The position numbers were made by a program, and so were the translations under genes. This document shows, piece after piece, positions 1 through 15,169 of a stretch of 64,000 bases of DNA. Numbering within the stretch: the first letter of the stretch is position 1; the number at the start of each line of letters is the position of its first letter. The notes beneath the pieces were generated by a model. It was not told the origin of the DNA. It searched no databases and saw only the letters and a program-made list of their open reading frames with translations. Source of the stretch: Pristiophorus japonicus (lineage: Eukaryota); assembly GCF_044704955.1 (NCBI RefSeq), contig NC_091980.1, positions 128,526,001-128,590,000 of the forward strand, given 5' to 3'.

Positions 1-1304
1 GATTCCCAGGCTCAACTCCCAAGTTGGTGGCTTGTGGCCTAGAACTATTAAGTTTATATTCCCACTGTTGATTTCCCTTCCCTAGTCTCATTCTCTTGCT
101 TTGTCCCACATTAAATGCCATTTTCCACCAGCAGCACACCTATCCAGGTCCCTTTATATTGGGTTTGCCTCACCTCTATTATTAGATTCATGCAAACTTG
201 AAATGATGGTTAACTGAGTGTGTTTTCTTTAATGTCTTAAATATCTGAGGAGGCACCTATTTGCACCAGTACATTCCATGTATTTTACATGTGCTGTGGT
301 AAGTCTTGTCTATCTACAGAGGTTAAAGGGCAGGACATTTGTGTCAAGCTGAAGGGATTGGAAGGATTGTGGGAAGAGAGAGAGAAACACTGTGTGCACT
401 GTTGGTTGTGTAGACATTGTCCCACTGGTGTGAAGGGAATATTTGTTTTTTCCTGTGTTTGGTAATGATTAATCTCTCTTGATGTTTGACTGTCCACGGG
501 AAAAGCACAAATGGAAAGAGGCGAGGTGAATACTCTCTGTTGGAATATGTTGAGAGTTACTGATGTTTCCACAAATCTGGTCAGGGAAGGATGGTGCTGG
601 GGCTCCATGGATATCTTTCGTTCCTCATCGGATCAGAACACTGTGGGATCAACAGGAAACAACAGGCTAAGAAAGCACATCAAAGGTGGAACACTATTGA
701 AGGAAGAAGTCAGGAAAAGTGGGGCCGATGGACTGACACGCCCGTGTTCATGTGTTACAGGCAAGTTGCGAATAATCTCTGAATTTCAGTATGGACAAAA
801 CTCAGATGAAGCTGAAAACACTGTGAGCAAGTCTCCAATTGTTTATTCGATAGATACTTGTCTCTATTATCCAACTCTTCAGCCAGCCAATAAGTGACAG
901 CTTTGGAAGTTGGGATCGAGTGCAATATTGCTCCAGGCCAATGGGACTCCATGAAGAGAGTATTGAGGAGGTCATGGGGCTCAGAGCAACAACATTTTAG
1001 TGAGAGACTAGAAATCAGCAAGGGAGATCTGTGGGGTTTCCAAGATTGCAACTGAAATTGGAAGCGTTTTGAAGCCTGTCGGGTCCGGGCTGCTGGAACA
1101 TGTGTTAGAGCTGAGCACAGAGAGAGGCTGGGAAATATAAAACAAGAGTGATACAAACAGCAGGAGCTTGAGTTAAGTGCTACACAGCAAGGGGAAGACA
1201 GGCTGAAGAGATGGAGAAAACAGCCAGGTAACTATAGGAGGAACTGCTGCAGATCAAATCTCACCTTGACAATTTGGATTCAGTTTAAAATGTAAAACAA
1301 CCTG

Positions 1305-3520
1305 ATTGAGCGTGGTCAATGCTTCGATGCTGGGGATGTTGACCTGAGTGAGAACACTGAAGTTGGTGCGTCTGAAGATCGAGAAGAGCGTTGGTGCGAT
1401 GACACAGCCGGGCTTGGCCCCGGTCCGAACATGGAATGGGTCTGTGATGTATCCGTTGGTCAGGATCACGGCTTGCATGTCATCGTGGAGCAGGTGGTGA
1501 AAAACTTTTGATGGTGGCCGAATCTGAGGAGGATGCTCCATAAACCCTCAGGGTTGACAGTGTTGAAGGTTTTTGTGAGGTCAAAGAAGGCCACGGACAA
1601 GGATTGGTGCTATTCCCTGCATTTCTCTTGTATCTGCCGCGCAGTGAAGATCATGTCCATTGTGCCCCTTAGTGGGCGGAATCCACATTGCGACTCTGGG
1701 AGGAGCTCTTCAGCCACAGGGAAAAGGCAATTGAGGAGGATTCTTGCGATGACTTTCCCAGTGGTCGAAAGCAGGGAGATTCCTCTGTAGTTACCGCATT
1801 CGGACTTGTGACCTTTCCTGAAAATGGTCACGATTACAGTGTCTCTGAGATCTCCTGGCATGATCTCCTCATTCCAGATAAGAGAGATGAGATCAGGAAT
1901 CCATGCCAGTAGTGCTTCTCCACAATGTTTAATGCTTCAGCGGGGATTCCATCTGCTCCTGATGTATTGTTTCTTCAGTTGTCGGATGGTCTTTTCAACC
2001 TCGTGCCGGGCTGGGGTTGTGCTGAGATGGTGGTGAGTGGCATGCTGTGGGATGGAGTCGAGGACACTCACATCGAAGACAGAGTCTCGGGTAAGGAGAT
2101 CCTCGAAGTGCTCCTCCCAGCAGGCACTGACTGCCTCTCTGTCCTTGATGAGCAGCTCTCCATGTTCTTGGCCAGCAGTGGGGTAGGGCCTTGTGTGCTT
2201 GGGCCCGAGGTCATCTTGACTGCGTTGCAGAATCCACAAAAGTCCTGGTTGTCGGCTAGCTGCTGGATTTCTTGTGCTTTCTCCACCCACCATCTGTTCT
2301 TTAGGTCGCGGGTTTTCTGTTGTACCTCGGCCTTCAGACTGCAGAGCTGTTTTCTTGCCCTCGAGTTGTGTTGCGGCTTCCAGTCCAAAAATACCTTGCG
2401 ATTGCAGCATATTGGCTCCTGGATCTCCTGGTCATTCTCGTCAAACCAGTCTTGGTGTTTCCTTGTCGAGTGACTCAGTGTCTCTTCACAGGTGCTAATT
2501 ATGGAGGCCTTGAAGGCAGAGCAGGCACTGTGGACACTCTGCGTCTCTGGGTCACTGGGAGTCGTCAGGTTGGTAGCGAGGCGTTGGCTGAATAGGGATT
2601 TCTTAGCAGGATCTTTGAGTGCTCCGGCTTTGATTTTCCTGCGGCATTGTTTCTGTTGCTGTCGCTTATTTGGAGCAATGTTGATGGTGATGACAGAACG
2701 AATTAGGCAGTGGTCCATCCAGCAATCGTCAGCTCCTGTCATGACGTGGGTGATATGCACCACTTTGCGGTCCCTCGCTCGGTCGATGACGTAGTCTAGC
2801 AGATGCCAGTGCCTGGAGCGAGGGTGTTGCCATGAGGCTTTATATTTGTACTTGACATGGAACAGGGCATTGTTTATGATGAGGCTGTCTCCGAAGCATT
2901 TCATCAGGAGGAGGGTGCCAATGGATTGGCTTTCCCTACACCCTCTCTGCCGATCTCACCTCCCCAGAGGTCTGTGTCCTTACTGACTCTGGCGTTAAAT
3001 TCACCAAGGAGGATCAGCTTGTCGCCTGTTGGGACTCGGGACAGGGATTCTTCGAGGCTGGAGTAGAATTCCTATTTGGTCTCGTCTGGAACTTCCAGTG
3101 TTGAGGCGTATGCACGGAAGATCATAATTCACTAGTTCTGGGCTAGGGTGAGCTGAAGAGTCATGAGGTGTTTATTTATCCTACGGGGGAGTCTCTGAGA
3201 TGGCCCACAAGCTTGTTTTTTACAATGAAGCCTACGCCATGGAGACAGCGTTCTGCTTCTGGTTTGCCTTTCTTTATTCTTTGAGCTGGCCTTCCCCTGC
3301 CTGCTGGGTCTCGCTTAGGACAGCGATGTCTATGTCAAAGCATCTGAGTTCCTGGGCAAAGATTGCATGTGCGGCGTTCCAGTCTGTTGCTGTTGGGGTT
3401 GTCCATGAAGGTTCTGATGTTCCAGTTCCCGAACTTCTTTTAACATGGGATGGCCATTGCACACCAGCTACCACACGGGCTTGACAGAGCAAGGTCTTGG
3501 TCCCGTGGCAAGGGGATCTG
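1305..3520 (-). mobile_element. RTE-clade (BovB-like) LINE, decayed, internally deleted
   Basis: Minus-strand ORF pieces: endonuclease (ELRCFDIDIAVLSET, HPRSRHWHLLDY), RT (NYRGISLLSTTGK, ESQCGFRPLRGT, GCVIAPTLFSIF). Confidence 0.9.
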
Positions 3521-3589
3521 AGACAAATGGGACTAGGTGTGTGTCAGGATATGGGCAGCAAAGTTTTCGATAAGCTTAAGTTCATAGAA

Positions 3590-3870
3590 CACGGAAGGCC
3601 GACATGAGAGCACTGAAATAGTCAATTCTAGAGTTAAAAAGGCACAGATGAGGGTTTCAGCAGCAGAAGAGCTGAGGCAGGGGTGGAAACACATGATGTT
3701 ACATAGGTGGAAGTAGGCAGATTTAGTGATGGAGCAGATATGTGGTCAGAAGCTCAGCTGCGGGTCAAATAGCATGGCAAGTTATGAACTGTCCGGTTCA
3801 GCATGAAATAATGGCCTGGAAGAGGGATGGAGGCTGTGGCTAGGAACGGAGTTTGTGGTCGGGAAGTTTA
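3590..3870 (-). mobile_element. L2-clade LINE fragment
   Basis: Reverse strand encodes an LSSSAAETLI..F.TLELTI-like remnant of the L2 RT C-terminal region; related pieces at ~17000-17125 and ~57110-57200. Confidence 0.6.
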
Positions 3871-5169
3871 TTTTAAAAATAAGTGCCTGATTTGTGTGGG
3901 CAACATTTTACTTCAGTCAATTTAACAACGTTTTTTGTACAGTTCTAATCCTGAGCTGACCGCACTCTAGAAATATTACCAAATAGTGCAAGACATTGAC
4001 CTATTGTGGCACCATATTTTGATTTTTCGAAACTTAGAAAATCTACAAACCAGAAACACCTCAAATTTAGGTTTCACGCTAATTTCCATGAGGTATGTTT
4101 AAACTGGTGGTGATATCCACAACCTGACTCTCCACTCACTGACTGTTGACACATTCTTCAGTTGCTGCGGCCCTTCATTGCTTGTCCCTCCCTGTATTGT
4201 GAATGAATACATTTGGAAGGGGAATTACAATCTGAGCCTCCATACATATATGAATTTGCATTTATTTTGAGTGGTGCTGACTGTGTATTTTAGTTGGAGC
4301 AGTGTTACAAATCCACCTGTGTACATTCATCCAAATCCAGATCTCCCCATTATAAACAGACTGATGGGGGACCTTTCTGTGTATAAATTGGCTGCTACAA
4401 ATCAGAGACTGAACTCCAAAAGAACTTCATTAGCTATGAAGTGCGTTGGGCTGTCCTGATAAAAAAAGCATCATATAAATGCAACATTTGATTAACCTTG
4501 GCTCAGTTGCTAACACTCTTGTCTCTGAGTCAATAGGTATCAGCACAGGGAATTAAAGGATATCGCAATCGGGCAGGGAAAGTGCAGTTGACTATCAATC
4601 ATGATTTTATTGAATGGCTAAGCAGGCTCAAGGTGCCATTGGGCATGCTCCTGCTCCTAATTTTGTTCTTAAGTTATTAGCATGAAGTGGGGAGAACATT
4701 GACCTGATATATTTTGTGATGCGTACGTAAACAGTTAACCATTAGCGCAGTTCTGAGCTCAGAGCGAGGAATGCCTGCAGCTGAACCTCATCGTGTTCAG
4801 CATGTTAAATTTGTATAAAACCTTGGCGAGATAACACTTGGACTCCTGTGCACAGTTCTGGTCTCCACAGAATCATATAAGAGTAAAGCACAGAAGGAGG
4901 CATTTCAATGAACAATAATCCATTTAGTCCAGTTCTTTCCCCATAAACTCTGCAATTTTTCTCCTTCAAGTAACCTAATTCCCTTTTGAAGGCGACTATT
5001 GAATCTGTTTCCACCACGCTATCAGGCCGTGCATTCTGAATCCTAGTAATTCATTGAGTTAAAAGTTTTTCTTCATGTCGCCTCTGGTTACTTTGCTAAT
5101 GACCTTAATTCTGTGCCCTCTGATTATTGAAGCAGTTTCTGTTGATTGACAGAGTTCAGTGATCCCGCA

Positions 5170-6670
5170 ATCAATGGATCAGACCAAAGCCCTGCAGTCC
5201 TGCCACATCCAGTCGTGAATGATGGTGGATCATTAAAGCACTAACGGAAGGAGGAGGCTCCATGAATATCTGCATCCTCAATGATGGCAGAGCCCAGCAA
5301 AAGACAAGTCTGAGCCATTTGCAGCCATCTTCTGCTAGAAGTGCCTCATGTATGATCCATCTCAGCTTTCTCCTGAGGTCCCCACCATCACAGAAGGCAG
5401 TCTTCAGCCAATTCAATTCACTTGACATGATATCAAGAAACAGCTGAATGCACTGGATACAGGAAAGACTATGGGCCCCGACAACATCCTGCTGTCCTGC
5501 TGAACACTTGTGCTCCAGAACTAACAGCGTCTCTAATCAAGCTGTTCCTGTACAAAACTGGTATCTACTCGAAAATGTGGAAAACTGCCAAGGAATGACC
5601 TGTCCACAACAAGGAGGACAAATCCAATCCAGCCAATTATTGCCGCATCAGTCTACTGTCAACCATGAGCAATGTGATGGAAGGTGTCGTCGACAGTGTT
5701 ATCAAATGTCACTTACTCACCAATAATCTGCTCAGTTTGGGTTTGGCAAGGACACTCGGCTACAGACCTTATTACAGCCTTGGTCCAAACATGGACAAAA
5801 GGTGTCAATTCCAGAGATGATGTGAGAGTGACTACCCTTGACATCAAGGCAGCATTTGACTGAGTGTGGCATCATGGAGCCCTGGTAAAATTGAAGTCAA
5901 TGGGAATCAGGGGGGAAACTCCACTGACTGAAGTCATACTTGCACAAAGGAAGATGGTTGTGGTTGTTGGAGGGCAATCATCTCAGCCACAGTACATAGC
6001 TGCAAGAGTTCCTCAGGGCAGTGTACTAGGCCCAACCCTCTTCAGCTGTTTCATTAATGACTTTCCCTCCATCATAAGGTCAGAAGTGGGGATGTTCGCT
6101 GATGTTCGCAATGTTCAGTTGGATTTGCAACTCTTCAGAAAATGAAGCAGTCTATGTCCACAGGCAGCAAGACTTGGGCATCATTCAGGCTTGGGCTGAT
6201 AAGTGGCAAGTAACATTTGCGCCACACAAGTGCCAGGCAATGACTATCTCCAACAAGTGAGAGTCTAACCACCTGGCCTTGCTTTCAACAGCATTACCAT
6301 TGCCGATTCCCCCACTGTTAATACCTGGGGCCCACCATTGACCAGAAACTCACATAAATACTGTGGTAACAATAATGGGTCAGAAACCGGGTATCCTCCG
6401 GCAAGTATCTCACTTCTTGACCCCTCCTTTCCATCATCTGCAAGGCACATTCAGGAGTGTGATGGGACACTGCATTTGCTTGGACGAGTGCACCTCCAAT
6501 AATACTCATGAAGCTCGACAGCATCCAGGACAAAGCAGCCCACTTGATTTGCATCCCATGCACCACTTTCAACATTCACTGCCTTCACTGTGGCTACAGT
6601 GTGTACCATCTACAAGATGCACTGCAGCAACTGACCAAGGCTTCTTTTGCAGCATTTGTTTACCTGCGAC
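5170..6670 (+). mobile_element. CR1-group LINE (shark HER1-like family), RT region, decayed
   Basis: VPQGSVLGPTLFSCFIND, MFAD motifs; same family as 42170-45720. Confidence 0.85.
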
Positions 6671-6680
6671 CTCCACCACA

Positions 6681-6748
6681 ACTCTTTTAAAGGAGACAAA
6701 TCAACATTAAGTCAAGTGACCCCCGATCTGGGGGACACTCCAAACACA
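6681..6748 (-). mobile_element. Tx1-family 3'-terminal fragment
   Basis: ACTCTTTT..CCCCGATCTGGGGGACACTCC, the same architecture as the array unit ends at 32.9-34.7 kb. Confidence 0.7.
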
Positions 6749-6749
6749 G

Positions 6750-7430
6750 GAGAGGGCTCTGAGCTAGTTAGAATGGGTGAGAGCTCAGATGAACAGGATC
6801 CCAAGAAAGAATGCAGGAGGCAACAGAGCAGAGTAGCACTGAGGTAAGTGTAAACCACAAGGTGATAGGAAGGGACAATATGTATGAATATTAAGGGGCT
6901 GCAGGAGGGGTCAAAACTAAAAATCATGGTTTAAAAACTAGTATTAAAACACTCGACCTAAACGCACGCAGCATTCGAAATAAAGTAAATGAGTTGACGG
7001 CACAAATCATTACAAATGAGTATGATTTGGTGGCCATTACAGAAACGTGGTTGCAGGGTTGCCAAGACTGGAAATTAAACATACAGGGGTATCTGACAAT
7101 TCGGAAAGATAGACAGGAAGGGAAAGGAGGTGGGGTAGCTCTGTTAATAAAGGAAGATATCAGGGCAGTTGTGAGAGACGAGATTGGCTCCAATGAACAA
7201 AATGTTGAATCATTGAGGGTGGAGATTAGAGATAGTAAGGGGAAAAAGTCACTGGTGGGCGTAGTTTATAGGCCCCCAAATAATAACTTCACGGTGGGGC
7301 GGGCAATAATCAAGGGAATAATGGAGGCATGTGAAAAAGGAATGGCACTAATCATGGTGGATTTTAACCTACATATCGATTGGTCAAATCAAATCGCACG
7401 GGGTAGCCTTGAGGAGGAATTCATAGAATT
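6750..7430 (+). mobile_element. CR1 LINE fragment (ORF2 endonuclease N-terminus)
   Basis: LNARSIRNK..YDLVAITETWL..RKDR..GGGVALL..GVVYRPP. Confidence 0.85.
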
Positions 7431-7539
7431 CCTTGCACTGCTCTTCCTGCTGGCCTTCCATTCCCTAGCTGGCTGTGGACCTACTGGATATCTGTTTGTC
7501 CCCTTCTCATTCATGAATGGATTCAAATGTTGTCAATAG

Positions 7540-9080
7540 AAACATAGAAAATAGCTGCAGGAATAGGCCATTTGGCCCTTTGAGCTTGCACCATCATTCA
7601 ATAAGACCATGGCTGATCATTCACCTCAGTACCCCTTTCCTGCTTTCTCTCCATACCCCTTGATTCCTTTAGCCATAAAGGCCATACCTAACTCCCTCTT
7701 GAATATATCAAATGAACTGGCATCAACAACTCTCTGCGGTAGAGAATCGCACAGGTTCACAACTCTTTGAAGAAGTTTCTCCTCATCTCAGTCCTAAATG
7801 GCTTGCGCCTTATCCTTAGACTATGTCCCCTGGTTCTGGACTTCCCCAACATCGGGAACATTCTTCCTGCATCTAACCTGTCCAGTCTCGTCAGAATTTT
7901 ATATGTTTCTATGAGATCCACTCTCATTCTTCTAACCTCCAGTGAATACAAGCCCAGTCGATCCAGTCTCTCCTCATATGTCAGTCCTGCCATCCCGGGA
8001 ATTAGTCTGGTGAACCTTCGTTGCACTCCCTCAGTAGCAAGAACATCCTTCCTCAGATTAGGAGACCAAAACTGAACACAATATTCCAGGTGAGGCTTCA
8101 CCAAGCCCTGTATAACTGCAGTAAGACCTCCCTGCTCCTATCCTCAAATCCCCTAGCTATGAAGGCCAACATGCCATTTGCCTTCTTCACCACCTGCTGT
8201 ACCTGCATGCCAACTTTCAATGACTGATGTACCATGACACCCAGGTCTCGCTGCACCTCTGCTTTTCCTAATCTGCCGCCATTCAGATAATATTCTGCCT
8301 TCACATTTTTGCCACCAAAGTGGATAACCTCACTTTTATCCACATTATATTGCATCTGCCATGCATTTGCCCACTCACCTAGCCTGTCCAAGTCACCCTG
8401 CAGCCTGTTAGCATCCTCCTCACAGCTCACACTGCCACCTAGCTTAGTGTCATCTACAAACTTGGAGATATTACACTCAATTCCTTCATCAAAATCATTG
8501 ATGTATATTGTAAATAGTTGGAGTCCCAGCACCGAGCCCTGCAGCGCCCCACTAGTCACGCCTGCCATTCTGAAAAGGACCCGTTTATCCTGACTCTCTG
8601 TTTCCTGTCTGCCAACCAGTTCTCTATCTACGTCAATATATTACCCCCAATACCATGTGCTTTAATTTTGCACAACAATCTCTTGTGTGGGACCTTGTTA
8701 AAAGCTTTTTGAAAGTCCAAATATACCACAACCACTGGTTCTCCCTTGTCCACTTTACTAATTACATCCTCAAAAAATTATGGAAGATTTGTCAAGCATG
8801 ATTTCCCATTCATAAATCTCTTCCTGTCACTGCTTTCCAAATGCGCTGCTATTTCATCTTTACTAATTGATTCCAACATTTTCCCCACTTGGAGATAGTC
8901 AGGCTAACCAGTCTACAATTCCTCGTTTTCTCTCTCCTTCCTTTTTTAAAAAGTGGTGTTACATTAGCTACCATCCAGTCCTTAGGAACTGAACCAGAGT
9001 CGATAGACTGTTGGAAAATGATCACCAATGCATCCACTATTTCTAGGGCCACTTCCTTAATTACTCTAGGATGCAGACTA
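7540..9080 (-). mobile_element. CR1 LINE, 5'-truncated (RT + 3' tail)
   Basis: QGSVLGLQLFTIYIND, KFVDDTKL, PHLEYCVQFWSP; tail near 7540 (AGAAACATAGAAA). Confidence 0.9.
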
Positions 9081-10019
9081 TTTTTGTCAGGGGATAAAAA
9101 AACGGTCACTAGAGTGGAGACAGCCCGATGGTCACGAAAGTGGATACTGAAGTTAGTAAAATGGTCCAGATTAAATGAGCTTATCAGTATTAGGAAGTTC
9201 TGAGGAATCAGGAGTTCCTCAGTATTCCGGTAGGGATTGTGATTGACCGATTATATAAAACTCGCTTATGTATGTAAAGCACGCTTATACACTCGCTTAC
9301 ATTTGTTAAGAAGAAGGAAGCAGCAATGAACTATCCATTGTATTAATCTTAATTTAGACTGATGGAAGTGTCCATAGTCAGTCCCGAATAAGGACACACA
9401 TTTTTTGGAACATAGATTATTATAGCATGGGATCAGGATGGTAATGACTGGTAGTTTTGACTCGAGGTCTTGGGAGAGGCATAAGGAGGCACCACACTGG
9501 AAAACAAAGTTAATCTATACATCATGAGAAACTGAAGCAAAGATGGCACCATTGAATAACACATTCCAGAAGGGTGACCTGTGATGGGAGATGGACTGGG
9601 GCAGGGGAAGAACCACTCAGAGCTCGTCTGATAAGAGTCAACAAATCAATGTAACTTCACTGATAGCAGTAGGTCAATCGATGGTTTTGCAGGAGAGTCA
9701 CACACCTCAGAAAATATATAACTGTCATTACAAACTGTTGTTCTGGGAATTGGTCATGGGAACCCTTCCCCTGCATGCTTGAATAAAGCTGGTTAACCGA
9801 GGTTTTGTTTGAATGATTCCGTGGTCGCTATACCAAAATGGCGGGTGTCCATTCCTTATATCAGGGAGTCCACCTAGAGGAAGAGAAGTCTTCCTTTTAC
9901 CCCAACAATGCTGGAGCTCCAATAATCCTGTGTTTACAAGTTAATTAAGGAACTTTGCTGAGAACTGCACAGGGTGCAATTAAATTGTTTCCTTTAGTCT
10001 TTCCATGTTAATGTCTTTT

Positions 10020-10290
10020 TTATTCCTCGAGGGCTGCGGGTGTCGTTGGCAAGGATGGCATTTATTGCCCATCCCTAATTTTACTTGAGAAGATGGTGGT
10101 GAGCTGCTTTCTTAAACTGCTGCAGTCCTTGTATTGAAGATACTCCCACAGTGCTGTTATAGAGGGAGTTACATGATTTTGACCCAGTGCCGATGAAGGA
10201 ATGGCGATATATTTCCAAGTGAGGATGGTGGAGGGGAAATTGCAGGTGATGGTGTTCTCATGCACCTGCTGCCCTTTTCTTTCTTGTTGG
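10020..10290 (-). mobile_element. HER1-like LINE 3' end
   Basis: TTTATTGCCCATCCCTAATT..GAGAAGATGGTGGTGAGCTGC tail shared with 15170-15740 and 42170-42420. Confidence 0.65.
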
Positions 10291-10294
10291 TGGA

Positions 10295-10988
10295 GGTCGC
10301 CCTTTCAGTTCTGTGCGTAGGGGTTTCCTCTCCGGGCTGCTCCTGCACACTCTCAACTTTGCCATCCTTGTCTGCCATCCGGACACGCCTTGGTGCACCA
10401 TCTTGCCACCGGTGGAGGCGGGGATCCCCACTGGAGTGCTCTCTACGCCGGAGTCCTCTCTTTATTTATTGGGGACTTGACCTGGAGGGTGTTGCGTGGG
10501 GCAGTCTCGTGCAATCGATTTTTAAGTCGGTTCACGGATTCCCAGGCCGCCTGTAATTTCTGTGGTCTGGAGGACGCCCTGTTCCATATTTATGTCAAAT
10601 GTATGAGTTGCAGCCCCTCCCTCAATATTTGAAGGGGCTGCTCCTCAAATTCGGTTGCACGTCTGTGCAAAGCTCCTGATCTTTGGGCATCCTGTGTGGC
10701 AGGGAGTGGTCAGGTCGGAAGGACTCCTCGTAGGTCCTGGTCCAGGTAACGGGCGGTTGAGAGGGTCGTTCAGCCCAACTGCCTGCCTCTCTTCCGCGGT
10801 TACATTCGAGTGAGGGGTGTCCCTGGAAATGGAGTGAGAGGTGGGCAGCGGAGGGACTGAATGCATCATCACCCCAGCAAACAATTTTAATTTGACCTTT
10901 TATTGTTCAGAAAGTTTTATTGGTTAATTTTTCAGTTCTAGTGCCCCTTTAAAGGGGACAATTGATTTATTGTTTTACAAAAGTAGTT
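10295..10988 (+). mobile_element. Tx1-clade LINE 3' fragment (old)
   Basis: DLTWRVLRGAVSCNRFL..ACNFCGLED..FHIYVKC zinc-knuckle region, followed by the Tx1 ORF2 C-terminus and 3' UTR. Confidence 0.8.
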
Positions 10989-11106
10989 GCAGACTCACTG
11001 ATCTGTTTGGATGTTGCATCAAACACGCAGATACCTGCAAATGACCAACCCACAGAACCATTCAGAACTATTGAAAAGACACTGACTCGCAAACAACAGA
11101 GGATGT

Positions 11107-11583
11107 CAAGGTGGCCATTATCTGGTCCGATCAGAGCGCGGTCGATGGGATGATCTCTCCGTCTGCCTGCCTCTCTTCCACGGCTATGTTCGTACCCAGG
11201 TGTCCCTGGAGAGTGTCTGCCGAGGCTTGAGGCTTGAGGCTTGAGGCTTGAGGCTTGAGGCTTGAGGCTTGAGGCTTGAGGCTTGAGGCTTGAGGCTTGA
11301 GGCTTGAGGCTTTCCGTGACCGATGGGCACCAGAGGGACTGGAGTGCAGCGTAGATACAGGGAACTAAAAGGTTTTATGTTCGTATTGTCACCAGTTGGA
11401 CTTATTATTTATTCCCCCTTATAAAGGGGGCAATTATGATTTAAATTTTTCAAATAGCTGATTTAATCATCCCAATTAGGGCAGTGGGCCTATCTGCGAG
11501 TTGGCACAGGCTCAATGAGCCGAATGGCTTTCTTCCCTGCTGCAACTATTCTATGATTCTATGAATTGATTTGTCTAAAGAGT
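11107..11583 (+). mobile_element. Ancestral Tx1 3' fragment upstream of ferritin copy 1 (with heptamer expansion and CR1-tail insert)
   Basis: Orthologous fragments at 21729-22040, 34983-35292, 47418-47722; ends AAAGAGT. Confidence 0.75.
11222..11312 (+). repeat. (GAGGCTT)13 perfect tandem repeat
   Basis: Direct reading; paralogous positions have one unit. Confidence 0.95.
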
Positions 11584-11654
11584 AGAGGATTCAATTAAAC
11601 TTGTGATTCTGGATATTTGAACTGTGTTCAGGACAATTGTGATCCTTATTGAGT

Positions 11655-11810
11655 TGTCAACCAATGATGCTCATTCGTCAAAGATCTGACTGGCTCTGGG
11701 AATCCATTCCCCTCCTCCCTTTACTTGATTGGTGCTCTGAGAGGCTGCAACTTCTGATTGGACATTTATCTAGGCTGCCGCGCCCTGGATTATCCAGCAG
11801 TATAAATACA
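11655..11810 (+). promoter_or_regulatory. Ferritin copy 1 proximal promoter (three CCAAT boxes + TATA)
   Basis: CCAAT 11661-11665, ATTGG 11728-11732 and 11757-11761, TATAAATA 11801-11808; the block is conserved upstream of all four copies. Confidence 0.75.
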
Positions 11811-11835
11811 AGGGTTTGAGGTTGGTTAAATTTTA

Positions 11836-11862
11836 GTTTGGTACTTCATCAAAGTTTAGACT
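11836..11862 (+). promoter_or_regulatory. Degenerate IRE-like element, copy 1 5' UTR
   Basis: TAC-TTCAT-CAAAGT-TTAGA vs canonical ferritin IRE TGC-TTCAA-CAGTGY-TTGRA; lies between TATA and ATG. Confidence 0.55.
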
Positions 11863-11884
11863 TCAATATTTAAAAAAAAATAAG

Positions 11885-13967
<2,083 letters not shown>

Positions 13968-14102
13968 ACTGCTTGGGATCAAGCTTATTTTGTTTAGTAT
14001 TTCCAATTTATATAATTGGGACCCCCGTGCTGTTGGCAATGATGGCTTTGTACAAAGAGCTCTGAGATCTGGGCTCCTGATGTGAAATGTAGCATAACTG
14101 TA

Positions 14103-14108
14103 AATAAA
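14103..14108 (+). terminator. Polyadenylation signal, copy 1
   Basis: AATAAA ~135 nt after the stop, followed by a GT/T-rich tract; conserved at 25203, 37908 and 50062. Confidence 0.75.
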
Positions 14109-15169
14109 CTGTTCAACATCGGACTGGGTTTTGTCTTTTTTGTATGTTTTGAGCAGTTACTTATTTTTGATTGATGTGACTTTGCTCATATCAAAGCATT
14201 GCCTAAGGATTTAGTTTGAAATTTCATACATTAATGAGCCATGAGTTGGCCTGTGATTGACAGCTTACTATTTCCCAAATTGTCTTTGGCTCTCACTATC
14301 AAAAACTTTACATCTGCCTGTGTTTTCAGAATTGCACAGAAAACTGGTGTTTGTTTTGGACCTATTAGCATATCTTTCTATTCCTTTCTGCCTCCTGTGT
14401 TTATCTAACTTACCTTTTTTGCATTCAGAGTGAGAACTGTGGATAGCTTAGTAAACTAAACACACTGCTGCTATAGACTTCTTCTTAAACTATGTGGGCA
14501 AAGGGCAAGTGACATCATACAGATCAGCAATGTCTGAGCTTAAGGCCAGCATTTATTTCTGTCTCCAATTGCCCTTGAGCGTGAGTCACCTGATACAACT
14601 GAGTGGCTTGCTCGGGCAGTTAAGCATCAAACCACCTGGCTATGGGTATGGAGTGCCATATAAGCATGCTAGTGTAAGTTGGCAGATTTCCTTTCCTAAA
14701 CATTACTGATATGGGTTTCATGATCACTGGTACTGATAATTGCTTTAATTTTAAATGTTAATTTAACAAAATTTAAATTATGCAGCTGCCAGGGTAGGTT
14801 TTGTCTCTTGGATCAGTGGATATATCAAATTACGATCCTCTGGGAGGAGTAAATGTATGAAGAAAAACACTGACATTAAAATAGATAACTGTTCCATCAA
14901 CTTATAACCCAATACTAGCAGCTCCTCCATATTTGCATTTAGTCCTGTTGTGCAATTCATACCAAACAGCAATCATCCTTTCCAAATCCCTTTGGCTCTC
15001 TTTGTCCCCTTCTCATTCATGAATGGATTCAAATGTTGTTAATGCTGGAGCTGCAATATTCCAGTGTTTGCAAGTTATTTGAGTAACTTGGCTGAGAATT
15101 GCACTGGGTGCAATTATATCTCAATCTTTAGTCTATCCATGTTAATGTCTTTTTTTTCAAAAGTTTGTT

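Noticed and set aside
285-1156. ORFs of 107-133 aa at the window start
   Set aside because: No recognisable domain or splice structure; partly overlap an inverted non-coding duplication block.
11080-11092. TGACTCGCA upstream of the copies as an antioxidant-response/AP-1 element
   Set aside because: Fits neither TGACnnnGC nor TGACTCA, and is altered in copy 2; conservation is explained by duplication.
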